A stretch of DNA of 57,585 nt from NCBI GenBank assembly GCA_038727095.1, contig JAVYWK010000012.1, positions 1 through 57,585 of the forward strand, read 5' to 3'. Positions 48,899-57,585 of this stretch are shown one piece after another (within the stretch, counting starts at the first letter, position 1; each line of letters starts with the position of its first letter). Origin of the DNA: Thermofilaceae archaeon (lineage in GTDB: Archaea; Thermoproteota; Thermoprotei; Thermofilales; Thermofilaceae). The notes beneath the pieces were generated by a model. The model made no database searches, had not been told where the DNA came from, and was given only the letters and a program-made list of their open reading frames with translations. Both the position numbers and the translations under genes were made by a program.

Positions 48899-49876
48899 GT
48901 GAGGCAGATGGGCAACCCGATCATGAGCGTCCTGAACCTCCGTTTGTATTATGGAACAAGGAAGGGCATCGTTAGAGCAGTAGACAATATCAGCTTTACG
49001 CTAGAAAGAGGAGAAACCTTGGCGATCGTGGGGGAGTCAGGCTGCGGGAAATCCTCGCTAGCCAGGGCCATAATCAGGCTTCTACCGCGCAACGTGCACA
49101 CGTACGACGGCCAAATAATCCTCGAGGGGCGTGACGTCATGAAGCTAAGCGACGAGGAGTTCCGCAGAGAGGTTCAGTGGACAAGAATATCGATGGTGTT
49201 TCAGGGGGCGCAGAACTCCCTTAACCCGGTTCTGAGGGTCGGCTTCCAGATCGCAGAACCCTTGATGATACACAAGGGCCTATCGAAGGAGGAAGCGATA
49301 GCCGAGGCGAGGAAGTACCTGCGCATGGTTGGAGTTCACGAGGGCTTCGCAGATCGATACCCCTTCGAGCTGAGCGGGGGCATGAAGCAGAGAGCCGTTA
49401 TAGCAATGGCCCTAATCACACGCCCTCAAGTGGTCATTCTTGACGAGCCTACGTCGGCACTGGACGTGATAACTCAAGCCAACATCATGAACCTTCTGAA
49501 GACGATTAAGCAGGAGCAGGGTATAAACTATATTTTCATAACCCATGACATAGCCCTCTCCAGCGAGCTAGCCGATAAGGTGATGGTAATGTATGCAGGC
49601 CACATGATGGAGCTCGCGAGCGCTGACGAGTTCTACACGAACCCCGCCCACCCGTACTCGCAGAAGCTGATGGCGAGTGTTCCTAGCTTGAGAGTCGATA
49701 AGAAGTTGGAGTTCATACCGGGGGCGCCGCCCAGCTTGATTAGTCCGCCGCTGGGCTGTCGTTTCCATCCGAGGTGTCCGTACGTGATGGATGTGTGTAA
49801 GAGGGAGGAGCCGCCCACGGTTGAAGTGAAGCCCGGCCATGCAGTCAAATGCTTGCTCTACGCGAAGGGTGGTTGA
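48899..49876 (+). CDS. dppD: Peptide ABC ATPase
   Basis: GESGCGKS, LSGGMKQR, LDEPT, C-terminal GCRFHPRC. Confidence 0.93.
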   Translation: MRQMGNPIMSVLNLRLYYGTRKGIVRAVDNISFTLERGETLAIVGESGCGKSSLARAIIRLLPRNVHTYDGQIILEGRDVMKLSDEEFRREVQWTRISMVFQGAQNSLNPVLRVGFQIAEPLMIHKGLSKEEAIAEARKYLRMVGVHEGFADRYPFELSGGMKQRAVIAMALITRPQVVILDEPTSALDVITQANIMNLLKTIKQEQGINYIFITHDIALSSELADKVMVMYAGHMMELASADEFYTNPAHPYSQKLMASVPSLRVDKKLEFIPGAPPSLISPPLGCRFHPRCPYVMDVCKREEPPTVEVKPGHAVKCLLYAKGG

Positions 49877-50858
49877 AATGTCGGACAATGTGCTTCTTCG
49901 GGTTGAGGATCTGAGGAAGTGGTTCCAGATTAGGCGTAGCTTGCTAGCGCCACTGCTCACCCTGAAGGCGGTTGATGGGGTCAGCTTCGAGGTTAATGTG
50001 GGTGAGGCGATATCGCTGGTTGGTGAATCGGGAAGCGGTAAGACTACGCTGGGTAAGACCGTGTTGAGGCTGTACGAGCCAACGAGCGGGAGGATAATCT
50101 TCAAGGGGAGAGATGTAACAAACCTCGATAGTAAGGATTTGCTCTGGTATAAGAGGGAGACGGGCCTCGTGCAGCAGGATCCCTACGGGGCGATGCCCTC
50201 CTTTATGACGATATACCGGATCCTGGAGGAACCTCTGATCATTCACAAGGTTGGTACGAAGGAGGAGAGGAGGGAGATGGTGTTTAAGGCTCTGGAGGAG
50301 GTGAGGTTGACGCCCGTAGAGGATTTTGCGTTCAAGTATCCGCACATGCTGAGCGGCGGACAGCTGCAGAGGGTAGCCATAGCGAGGGCCTTAATCCTGA
50401 GGCCCAGCCTGGTGGTGGCCGATGAGCCGGTCTCGATGCTCGACGCTTCGGTGAGAGTCGAAGTGCTCACGCTGATGAGGGAGCTTCAAGAGACCCACAA
50501 GATCAGCTTCATCTACATTACGCACGACCTTTCCACAACGCGCTACTTCTCTGAGCGCATCTTCATAATGTACGCTGGCCACCTAGTGGAGCAAGCTCCA
50601 TCTAAAGGGCTTGTCAGCGAACCTCTCCACCCCTATACCCAGGCTCTACTCAACGCTATACCGGATCCGGATCCTGAGAACCGAAAGAGGCTGAGGAATG
50701 TACCCCCTGGCGAACCACCCAGCTTGATTAGTCCGCCGCTGGGCTGTCGTTTCCATCCGAGGTGTCCGTACGTGATGGATGTGTGTAAGAGGGAGGAGCC
50801 GCCCACGGTTGAAGTGAAGCCCGGCCATGCAGTCAAATGCTGGCTCTACGCGAAGGGT
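49730..50858 (+). repeat. 141-bp direct repeat (49730-49870 and 50718-50858), one mismatch
   Basis: Direct comparison of the 3' ends of the two ATPase genes. Confidence 0.95.
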
Positions 50859-50861
50859 TAA
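49878..50861 (+). CDS. dppF: Peptide ABC ATPase
   Basis: GESGSGKT, LSGGQLQR, ADEPVSMLD; ATG 49878. Confidence 0.93.
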   Translation: MSDNVLLRVEDLRKWFQIRRSLLAPLLTLKAVDGVSFEVNVGEAISLVGESGSGKTTLGKTVLRLYEPTSGRIIFKGRDVTNLDSKDLLWYKRETGLVQQDPYGAMPSFMTIYRILEEPLIIHKVGTKEERREMVFKALEEVRLTPVEDFAFKYPHMLSGGQLQRVAIARALILRPSLVVADEPVSMLDASVRVEVLTLMRELQETHKISFIYITHDLSTTRYFSERIFIMYAGHLVEQAPSKGLVSEPLHPYTQALLNAIPDPDPENRKRLRNVPPGEPPSLISPPLGCRFHPRCPYVMDVCKREEPPTVEVKPGHAVKCWLYAKG

Positions 50862-51381
50862 GTACCTAATCGCTATAGCAACGGGTTTCATCCTCTCAAC
50901 TCTGGCCATTTTGGTATCGTTCTGGGCAACCTACTACGCCTCTCCGAGAATGCTGTCTGAAAAAGCCTTCATGATCGATGTGACGGGCACTACCAACGTA
51001 ACTCTACCCCTTACCGGTGCTACAGGGGAGAAGCTGTACTACGAGCTTCAGATCGAATCGACTTCAAGCGTAAGCTCCTCCCTTCTCATTGACACTGTAA
51101 AGGGGCTACAGGCTATCAGAGTGGGCGAGGGTCTGCGCATTCAGCGCAGAGAGACCGTATACCTAGATGGTATCCCCAGGCAGCTATTCCTAGTCCTTCA
51201 GTGCGGCAGATGCACGGTTCGCGGTTCGTTCTCGATCAGGTATTACAGCGTAGATTACACGCTGCTGCTGGTGATGAACGTGGTGGCTATAGTCTCGTCG
51301 CTAATCGGCATCGGCCTACTGACTGTAGGGTGCTACGGCTACTTGATAGAGCGGAGAGTTAAAAGGGTAGGGTCGGGCTGA
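50827..51381 (+). CDS. Hypothetical 2-TM membrane protein
   Basis: N- and C-terminal TM helices; start uncertain (ATG lies inside the duplicated tract). Confidence 0.6.
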   Translation: MQSNAGSTRRVKYLIAIATGFILSTLAILVSFWATYYASPRMLSEKAFMIDVTGTTNVTLPLTGATGEKLYYELQIESTSSVSSSLLIDTVKGLQAIRVGEGLRIQRRETVYLDGIPRQLFLVLQCGRCTVRGSFSIRYYSVDYTLLLVMNVVAIVSSLIGIGLLTVGCYGYLIERRVKRVGSG

Positions 51382-51884
51382 TGAGCTTCTCTCTCGTAAT
51401 ATGCCTCGGAAACCCTCTCAGGGGTGATGATGCTTTCGGTCTACTTGTATATCGGCTTCTTCGAAAGATTAGAACCCCCGCTGTGTACGCGGGTATGGCT
51501 CCGGAGAACATCACATACGTCCTGAGGAGGGTAAAGCCGGAAACCGTGATAATCGTTGATGCGCTGGCAGGGGCTGGTGAAGGGCTTGCTATCCTAAAGC
51601 TCTCCGACGAGTTAATCTCTCGCTCTTTCTCCTCACACCTGCTACCTTTGAGGCTGCTTCTCGAGTCGGTCGGGCTTGATCCAAGTAAGGTCCTCGTGAT
51701 TGGCGCCGGGGCTATGGATCTCTCCCTAGGCAGCCGACCCAGTGAGAGAGTGAGAGAACTTGCTGTCGAAGCTGCCTCCTTAATAGCCAGGATTCTAGGT
51801 CGGCAGGCTTCACCACGAGAGCTTAAGCTCGGAGATGAAGTCTCTCTCCTCTCGGGGAACGTCGAGAACCCTACATTTAGCTAG
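51381..51884 (+). CDS. Hydrogenase maturation protease (HycI-like)
   Basis: LGNPLRGDDAFG, APEN, VIIVDA, SSH.LPL. Confidence 0.85.
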   Translation: MSFSLVICLGNPLRGDDAFGLLVYRLLRKIRTPAVYAGMAPENITYVLRRVKPETVIIVDALAGAGEGLAILKLSDELISRSFSSHLLPLRLLLESVGLDPSKVLVIGAGAMDLSLGSRPSERVRELAVEAASLIARILGRQASPRELKLGDEVSLLSGNVENPTFS

Positions 51885-53525
51885 CAGCACCTCCGCCATT
51901 TTTCGCGCTTCATCAGACAGCATGTACATCTCTGCACCTGTCAGTGATCCGTTGCCTATGTATCTGATCATACTTTCATCAACCTTGGGTAGCAGCCCGA
52001 TCTCCATCGCGTTCTGCGGGTTCAAGTGGTAGCCGAAATCACCGGCGACAACGATTGCTTCCAGGCTCTCGACATTAACGCCGCTAACCTTCATGAGGTA
52101 CTTTGCCGTAAACTTCACCGCGGCCACAGCTAGCTGGAGCTTCCTCACGTCCAGCTGCGTCAGCACAATCCCCCTCTCCTCGTCTAGGACGAACGCTTTT
52201 ACACCCCTAACCTCCTTCACGTGGGGGCCGTCGAGTAGCCTGCCATCCCTCGATAGGGTTCCCGCTTTTAGCAACTCGGCGAGTAGATCCACGTATCCTG
52301 AACCGCAGATGCCTTTCGCCTCAGTGCCCCCTATCGTCAAGTACTCGATTTCGCGGGCCCCCAACACTCTCACCTTCTCGATAGCACCCTCAACTGCCAT
52401 CATCCCCGAGTGGAGCCCGACGCCCTCGAAAGCCGGACCAGCGGGCGTGGAAGCGGCGAGGTAGGCGTCGCCTTTCTTCAACACGATCTCCCCGTTCGTT
52501 CCCACGTCGATCAGCATGGCCTTATCGTATCCAGACAGATCTGCTGAAAGGATGTCTCCTACCACGTCTCCTCCCACGTAGCCGCCGAGTATCGGGAGTG
52601 ATACCACGTGGGCGTCCGGGTGAACAGCGAGACCGAGATCCTTACCCCTGGCCTTCAACTGCCTACGGTACAGGGGTCTAAATGGTAGAAAGCCCAGAGT
52701 CCTCGGATTCACGCCGAAGAACAGGTGAAGCATAACGGAGTTCCCTGCCACCACAACTCTGTAGACTTTATCCGCCCGGGCCCCCATCTCCTCGAGGAGC
52801 CTGTTGACCGTTTCGATCACGGCTTGCTGCAATCTTGCGGTTCCCTCAGGCTCCTGCAACGCGTAGCGTATCCGGCTGATGATATCTGAACCGTACTTCA
52901 GCTGGGCGTTGAGACTCACCCTTTCAACGGTTATTGCTCCACTCACCAGGTCGACCAGGGATGCTGCCACGCTTGTCGTCCCCACGTCTATCGCTAAGCC
53001 GTAGCCTGAGTAGGTGTCACACACGTCCAAGACTTCACCTTCAACGATGACAGCCACGCCCGAGCTTCGCTGGGCCAGCGAATTCAGGGCGGAAAGGGAT
53101 AGCTGTGTAGCGTGAACCCCAAGCGTCCTCAAAGACGATATTAATTCTTCCTCGTATGAAGGCTCCCCTCTCTCCACTTTCACTGGTACGAAGAGGGCTG
53201 ATGGTGTGATCCGAACAGGTGGCCTAACCCTAGCTTTAGTGGCCTCCCGCCTTGCCGCTGGGATCTCCAGGGTCGTATCACTGATCACCTGAGCCTGGCA
53301 AGCAAGCCTCCATCCCTCTTCCAGTCGATCGGCGAGGATTTCGATTTCCCTGCGCGTCGGGGCTGTGAGAGTCCCTCTAACGACCCTGACTCGGCACATG
53401 CCGCAGAGCCCTAAACCTCCGCACCCTGCTGGGAGCGTTACGCCATGCCTTCTCATCAGCGTTAGAAGGTTTTCACTCTCTTTCGCATCGAAAAACCCTA
53501 CTCCCTTAATCTCTACTATCGGCAT
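51810..53525 (-). CDS. RACo-type reductive activator of corrinoid proteins (2Fe-2S + ASKHA)
   Basis: CGGLGLCGMC...RLACQ, IDVGTT, GSDIISRI, DVGTNGE, AGPAFEG, GICGSG. Confidence 0.9.
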   Translation of the reverse strand: MPIVEIKGVGFFDAKESENLLTLMRRHGVTLPAGCGGLGLCGMCRVRVVRGTLTAPTRREIEILADRLEEGWRLACQAQVISDTTLEIPAARREATKARVRPPVRITPSALFVPVKVERGEPSYEEELISSLRTLGVHATQLSLSALNSLAQRSSGVAVIVEGEVLDVCDTYSGYGLAIDVGTTSVAASLVDLVSGAITVERVSLNAQLKYGSDIISRIRYALQEPEGTARLQQAVIETVNRLLEEMGARADKVYRVVVAGNSVMLHLFFGVNPRTLGFLPFRPLYRRQLKARGKDLGLAVHPDAHVVSLPILGGYVGGDVVGDILSADLSGYDKAMLIDVGTNGEIVLKKGDAYLAASTPAGPAFEGVGLHSGMMAVEGAIEKVRVLGAREIEYLTIGGTEAKGICGSGYVDLLAELLKAGTLSRDGRLLDGPHVKEVRGVKAFVLDEERGIVLTQLDVRKLQLAVAAVKFTAKYLMKVSGVNVESLEAIVVAGDFGYHLNPQNAMEIGLLPKVDESMIRYIGNGSLTGAEMYMLSDEARKMAEVLLAKCRVLDVPREERDFISELKLSW

Positions 53526-53552
53526 GGCGTATCTCGCAAGGAGCGCCTACCA

Positions 53553-54203
53553 CTACTTTACCCCTAAAAGCTCCTTACAGACTTTCACCCCCTTGACCGC
53601 GTCCTCCCCGTACCCGTCAGCTCCGATGCTTCTGGCGAAGTCCTCCGTGACCGCAGCTCCCCCGACCACCACTTTGACCTTATCGCGGATGCCGGCCTTC
53701 TTCAGCTCCTCGATCACGTTCCTCATCTCCAGCATCGTAGTTGTGAGGAGGGCTGACATTGCCACGATGTCGGCTTTGTTCTCGATAGCAGCTTCCACGA
53801 ACTTTTCGGGCGGAACATCGACGCCGAGGTCGATGACGTTGAACCCTGCGGCTCTGAGCATTGTAGCCACGATGCTCTTCCCGATATCGTGCAGGTCGCC
53901 CCTCACAGTGCCTATCACCACGGTCCCGAGGCTCCTGGTCGAGCCACCCTGCTTCTGGATCTCGGGCACGAGGATCTCGTCCATAACCTCCTTGAACAGG
54001 TCGCCCGCTACAACGAGCTCCGCCAGGAAGAACTCTCCTTTCTCAAACCTCCTCCCCGCTTCCTCCATAGCTGGTCTCAGAGCGCGCTCAATAACCTCGT
54101 TGGGGGAAGCGCCCTTAGCGAGCGCCTCTCTCACAAGGGCCTTCACCTCCTCGAAATCGAAGCTTAGAAACGCATCCCTAATTTTCGCGTAAAGCCCCTC
54201 CAT
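53553..54203 (-). CDS. Methyltransferase cognate corrinoid protein
   Basis: B12 cap domain plus GTVRGDLHDIGK, MSALLTTT, VGGAAVT; ATG 54203. Confidence 0.92.
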   Translation of the reverse strand: MEGLYAKIRDAFLSFDFEEVKALVREALAKGASPNEVIERALRPAMEEAGRRFEKGEFFLAELVVAGDLFKEVMDEILVPEIQKQGGSTRSLGTVVIGTVRGDLHDIGKSIVATMLRAAGFNVIDLGVDVPPEKFVEAAIENKADIVAMSALLTTTMLEMRNVIEELKKAGIRDKVKVVVGGAAVTEDFARSIGADGYGEDAVKGVKVCKELLGVK

Positions 54204-54258
54204 CGGGGAGCGGCTCTGGGACGAGTATTTATGCGTTATTTCCACGTGGTTACGGCCT

Positions 54259-54756
54259 ATGGAGTTCCGATGCCTCAGGTGCGGTAGGTGCTGCAGGAGC
54301 CTCGCCCCAATTGTGGTGCTCTCAGATGTGGAAGAGTGGATGAAGAGGGGGGCTTGGCACGTCATAGAGGCTATTGAAGTGGTTAAAACATCAGGTTTCC
54401 CGAGGAGTCTAGGCATAGAGTTCTGCTTTACTCTACGCCGCAGGGGTAACGCCTGCTACTTCTACAGGAAGGGGGTGTGCACGATATACGACCTGCGGCC
54501 AGCCGTGTGTCGGCTCTTCCCATTCGCATACTCAGAGAGGGGGGTTGCCGTGCACCCATGGGCTCTCCGTAATTGCCCAGCGGTCAGACTTTACGGAGGT
54601 CGTCCACCCGGAGAGGAAGTAAGAGAACTTGCTAGAGAGATTGTGAGGGAGTTGCTCGGACTACCCTTCTACTCGACATTCGTGGAAGAGTTGATCGCTT
54701 CCACCGGAAGGGTGATCCCCCGTAACCGGTTCAGGGTCAACGTAGGTTTGGTGTAA
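54259..54756 (+). CDS. YkgJ-family cysteine cluster protein
   Basis: FRCLRCGRCC ... C.F....CTIYDLRPAVCRLFPF. Confidence 0.85.
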   Translation: MEFRCLRCGRCCRSLAPIVVLSDVEEWMKRGAWHVIEAIEVVKTSGFPRSLGIEFCFTLRRRGNACYFYRKGVCTIYDLRPAVCRLFPFAYSERGVAVHPWALRNCPAVRLYGGRPPGEEVRELAREIVRELLGLPFYSTFVEELIASTGRVIPRNRFRVNVGLV

Positions 54757-54854
54757 ACGCTCTGAAAATGCCCTTGATCCTTCATGGCTAATACTTTCGG
54801 TAAGCTAGTGGACTGCCTTATATTCTCACCTATGACAGTGTAATTGTACTTAGT

Positions 54855-56780
54855 ATGGATGGTGAAGTCCTCCTAGAGAGAAAAGGTGTGAGAATCGAGG
54901 AGCTGGAGAAATCGTACATGAAGCGTGCGGATTGGGAGGTTTTCGAAAACGCTAATACGAACTTCAGTTTCAGCAACTTTAGGAACTTTCTCTTCGAGAA
55001 GCTAGTCGAAGTGCCCGACGTATTGAGGTCCTACCTTCCCTCGGACGCCGTGGAAGCCCACTACAGGGGTGATATCCACATTCACAAGTTGCCCGACTCG
55101 CTCTGGATACCCTACTGCATAGGCTGGAGCTACAGGAGGATACTCGAGCTCGGGTTAAAGACTCCCAGCGTTGTAAGCCGACCGGCCAGGCACTTCGATA
55201 CGGCGGTCTCCCACTTAACCAACTTCTTCTTCATGGCTGCCCAAGAGTTCACTGGTGCACAAGCGACGAGCGCCTTCGACCTTTACGCGGCTCCTTTTGC
55301 GGCGCACGACAATCTCAGCTACGATCGAGTCAAGCAGGCGCTCCAGGCGATGCTATTCGAGCTGAACTACCCGGCGAGAGCCGGCTACCAATCCCCGTTC
55401 ACGAACATCACGCTCGTCCTCGACACGAGCAGAGACATGCTCGAGGGAAGCGCGGTAGTGGCCGGGGAGAGGGTGGGCTCGCTGGGCGACTACCTGGATG
55501 AGGCTTTGACGGTCGACAGAGCGCTCTTCGAGCTGTACGGCGAGGGCGATGCAGTGGGCCAGCCCTTCACGTTCCCGATCCCAACGCTGATGCTTACGAG
55601 GAACTTCGACTGGGAGGGGAGGAGGTGGGGCGAGGTTACAGACTTGATCTTTGAGACCCTAGCTCGGAGGGGTAGCGCCTACCTCCTGAACGGTTATGCT
55701 AGCAACGTTGAGGCGCTCTACAGCATGTGCTGCCGCCTCACGATCGACGTGAATCATGTGTTGAACCACTTCCGCGGTTTCGAGCTCAAGCTGAGCTACG
55801 TCGACGCGGAGGACGCCTTTGAGTCCTTCCTCAAGGCGAGGGAGGGAAGCAAGGCTTACGGCGTTTGGGCCCTACCTGACGCAACGGGGAGCATAGGAGT
55901 TGTAACGATCAACGTGCCCAGAGCAGCCGCGCTCAGCAAGGGGGAGTGGGACGTTTTCGAGGAGCTGATGATCGAGCGCTTGCATCTGGCGAGAAGGGTC
56001 CTACTCACCTGGAGGACGAGGTACGAGAGGAGCTTAAGAACCGGCTTGATGCCGATCACGCGCATCTACCTCGGGCACTTCAACCATCACTTCAACACTT
56101 TCGGTCTCATCGGGCTTCCGGAGGCCGCTGCCAACCTGCTAAGGGATCCTAAGCTCTGGGTCGAGGGATCGAGCAGGGGGACCAGGGAAGCGGTCGAGGT
56201 TGAAAGGAGGATCGTAAGGCTCGTTCGAGAGTTCGCCAGAGAGTGTGAAGAGAAGGATGGCTACCTGTACAACGTTGAGGAGGTGCCCGGTGAGAGCACG
56301 GGTTACAAGCTGGCGTTATCGGACAGCCAGCTGTTCAGGGAGGAGCTGCGGAGGGGTGAGGTGTGCATCCCGAGCGACGGGAGCGCGCCCTTCTACAGCA
56401 ACAGCATCGTGCCCTACTACGCCGACCTGCCTATCCACGAGAGGGCGCTGCTGGAGGGCGAAGTCCAGCAGGAGTTCACCGGCGGTGTAATGATGCACCT
56501 CTTCCTAAACGAGCAACCCGACCCCCAGGCGTTGAAGAAGCTGGTGTACAGGATCGCCACGAACACTAAGGTCGTCTACTTCTCCATCACGCCGACGATC
56601 AGCGTCTGCCGCAGCTGCGGCTGGAGCAGCATCGGCACCTACTGGACGTGCCCCAGGTGCGAGGCTCAGGCGGAGGTCTGGAGCCGCATCGTGGGTTACT
56701 ACAGGCCGGTACGCCAGTGGAACCCGGGCAAAAGGAGCGAGTTTAAGCTGCGGAAGCAGTACACCAGCATAGCTGGATGA
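54855..56780 (+). CDS. nrdD: Anaerobic (class III) ribonucleoside-triphosphate reductase
   Basis: ENAN, PYC, FTFPIPT, SMCCRL, EEVPGES, CxxC..CxxC, glycyl radical loop SRIVGYY. Confidence 0.95.
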   Translation: MDGEVLLERKGVRIEELEKSYMKRADWEVFENANTNFSFSNFRNFLFEKLVEVPDVLRSYLPSDAVEAHYRGDIHIHKLPDSLWIPYCIGWSYRRILELGLKTPSVVSRPARHFDTAVSHLTNFFFMAAQEFTGAQATSAFDLYAAPFAAHDNLSYDRVKQALQAMLFELNYPARAGYQSPFTNITLVLDTSRDMLEGSAVVAGERVGSLGDYLDEALTVDRALFELYGEGDAVGQPFTFPIPTLMLTRNFDWEGRRWGEVTDLIFETLARRGSAYLLNGYASNVEALYSMCCRLTIDVNHVLNHFRGFELKLSYVDAEDAFESFLKAREGSKAYGVWALPDATGSIGVVTINVPRAAALSKGEWDVFEELMIERLHLARRVLLTWRTRYERSLRTGLMPITRIYLGHFNHHFNTFGLIGLPEAAANLLRDPKLWVEGSSRGTREAVEVERRIVRLVREFARECEEKDGYLYNVEEVPGESTGYKLALSDSQLFREELRRGEVCIPSDGSAPFYSNSIVPYYADLPIHERALLEGEVQQEFTGGVMMHLFLNEQPDPQALKKLVYRIATNTKVVYFSITPTISVCRSCGWSSIGTYWTCPRCEAQAEVWSRIVGYYRPVRQWNPGKRSEFKLRKQYTSIAG

Positions 56781-57550
56781 GCGAGGAGGTCCTGCTCGTC
56801 GGGGGTTGGAGGGAGGTAAGCCTCGTAGACGTCCTGGGGCACGTCTCCTTCACCGTCTGGCTCGCCCGGTGCAACCTGAAGTGCCCCTGGTGCTCCAACG
56901 CCGAACTGGCGAAGGGGGTTGGCGCCCGCTACGTGAGGGTCAGCGAGATCCTGGAAGCCCTTGAGAAGGCAAAGGCATTCGTCGATGTGCTCCACGTCAC
57001 GGGAGGCGAACCTCTGCTCCAGCACAGGGCTCTACTCAACCTCTTTCAGCGCGTCCGCAGCCAGCTCAACCTGCCTATCAGCCTCGACACGAACGGGACG
57101 CACCCGAAGGCCCTTGAGCGCCTCGCCCCGCTCCTCTACCACCTGGCGATCGACGTGAAAGCCCCGCTCAGCGACCCGCAGCTCTACGCGAAGGTCACAG
57201 GAGTCAGCTTGAGGTTGGCGGAGAGGGTTGTGAAGGACGTGGCCGCGAGCATAGGGATCGGATTGAACGTACCCTTCCTCGAGCTCAGAACAACACTCGT
57301 GCCAGGCCTCCTCACATGCGACGATGCCGTGAGAATAGCAGAGGAGCTAGAGGAACTCACGCGAAAAGCGACTAGTAGAGTGATCTACGTGATCCAGCAG
57401 TTCATCCCCTACGAGGGAGTGAAAGGCGACTTCGCCCGGCGCCCAGCCACACCCACAAAGGAAGTCGCCGACTGCGCGAGAAGAGTCACACTCACCACAA
57501 GCCTCGAAACGTACTACAGAACACTGGAGGAAGGGACGCGCAAACCCTAG
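56777..57550 (+). CDS. nrdG: Class III RNR activating radical SAM enzyme
   Basis: CNLKCPWCSN, TGGEPL, LDTNG, DVKAP; ATGA overlap with nrdD. Confidence 0.92.
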   Translation: MSEEVLLVGGWREVSLVDVLGHVSFTVWLARCNLKCPWCSNAELAKGVGARYVRVSEILEALEKAKAFVDVLHVTGGEPLLQHRALLNLFQRVRSQLNLPISLDTNGTHPKALERLAPLLYHLAIDVKAPLSDPQLYAKVTGVSLRLAERVVKDVAASIGIGLNVPFLELRTTLVPGLLTCDDAVRIAEELEELTRKATSRVIYVIQQFIPYEGVKGDFARRPATPTKEVADCARRVTLTTSLETYYRTLEEGTRKP

Positions 57551-57585
57551 CCTATGCGATCTCAAGGAACTCCTTCAGCACTGCT

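Noticed and set aside
53365-54416. 275-aa plus-strand ORF and 70-aa extension of the corrinoid ORF
   Set aside because: Antisense shadow, and overlap with the YkgJ gene; real start is ATG 54203
57552-57585. End of a minus-strand gene (…AVLKEFLEIA*)
   Set aside because: Too little sequence to support a call

Overview
Chromosomal window of a thermophilic crenarchaeon. The gene content, multi-intron tRNAs and a circularly permuted tRNA point to Thermofilales (Thermofilum-like); this assignment is inferred. It holds housekeeping genes (thiI, hypF, prs, rnhB, ileS, hemK-like, xpf, cdc6, xpb-like, proS, trm5a, PGM/PMM, AK6, PRTase, nrdD/nrdG), a complete peptide ABC operon and a corrinoid protein/RACo pair. 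It also has several surface and membrane proteins, including two orphan FtsX/MacB-like permeases, one fused to a GH2 glycosidase and a CARF-like tail. RNA genes read from the sequence are tRNA-Ala(CGC) with a canonical intron, tRNA-Glu(CTC) with two non-canonical introns, a permuted tRNA-Tyr(GTA) with an 81-nt intron, and two box C/D sRNA candidates. Signals missed by the ORF track include a 42-aa Glu/Trp peptide gene, a kink-turn over a probable CTG start of proS, a 141-bp near-identical tract in dppD/dppF, and sharp AT-rich patches. No CRISPR array, IS element, integrase or rRNA was seen.
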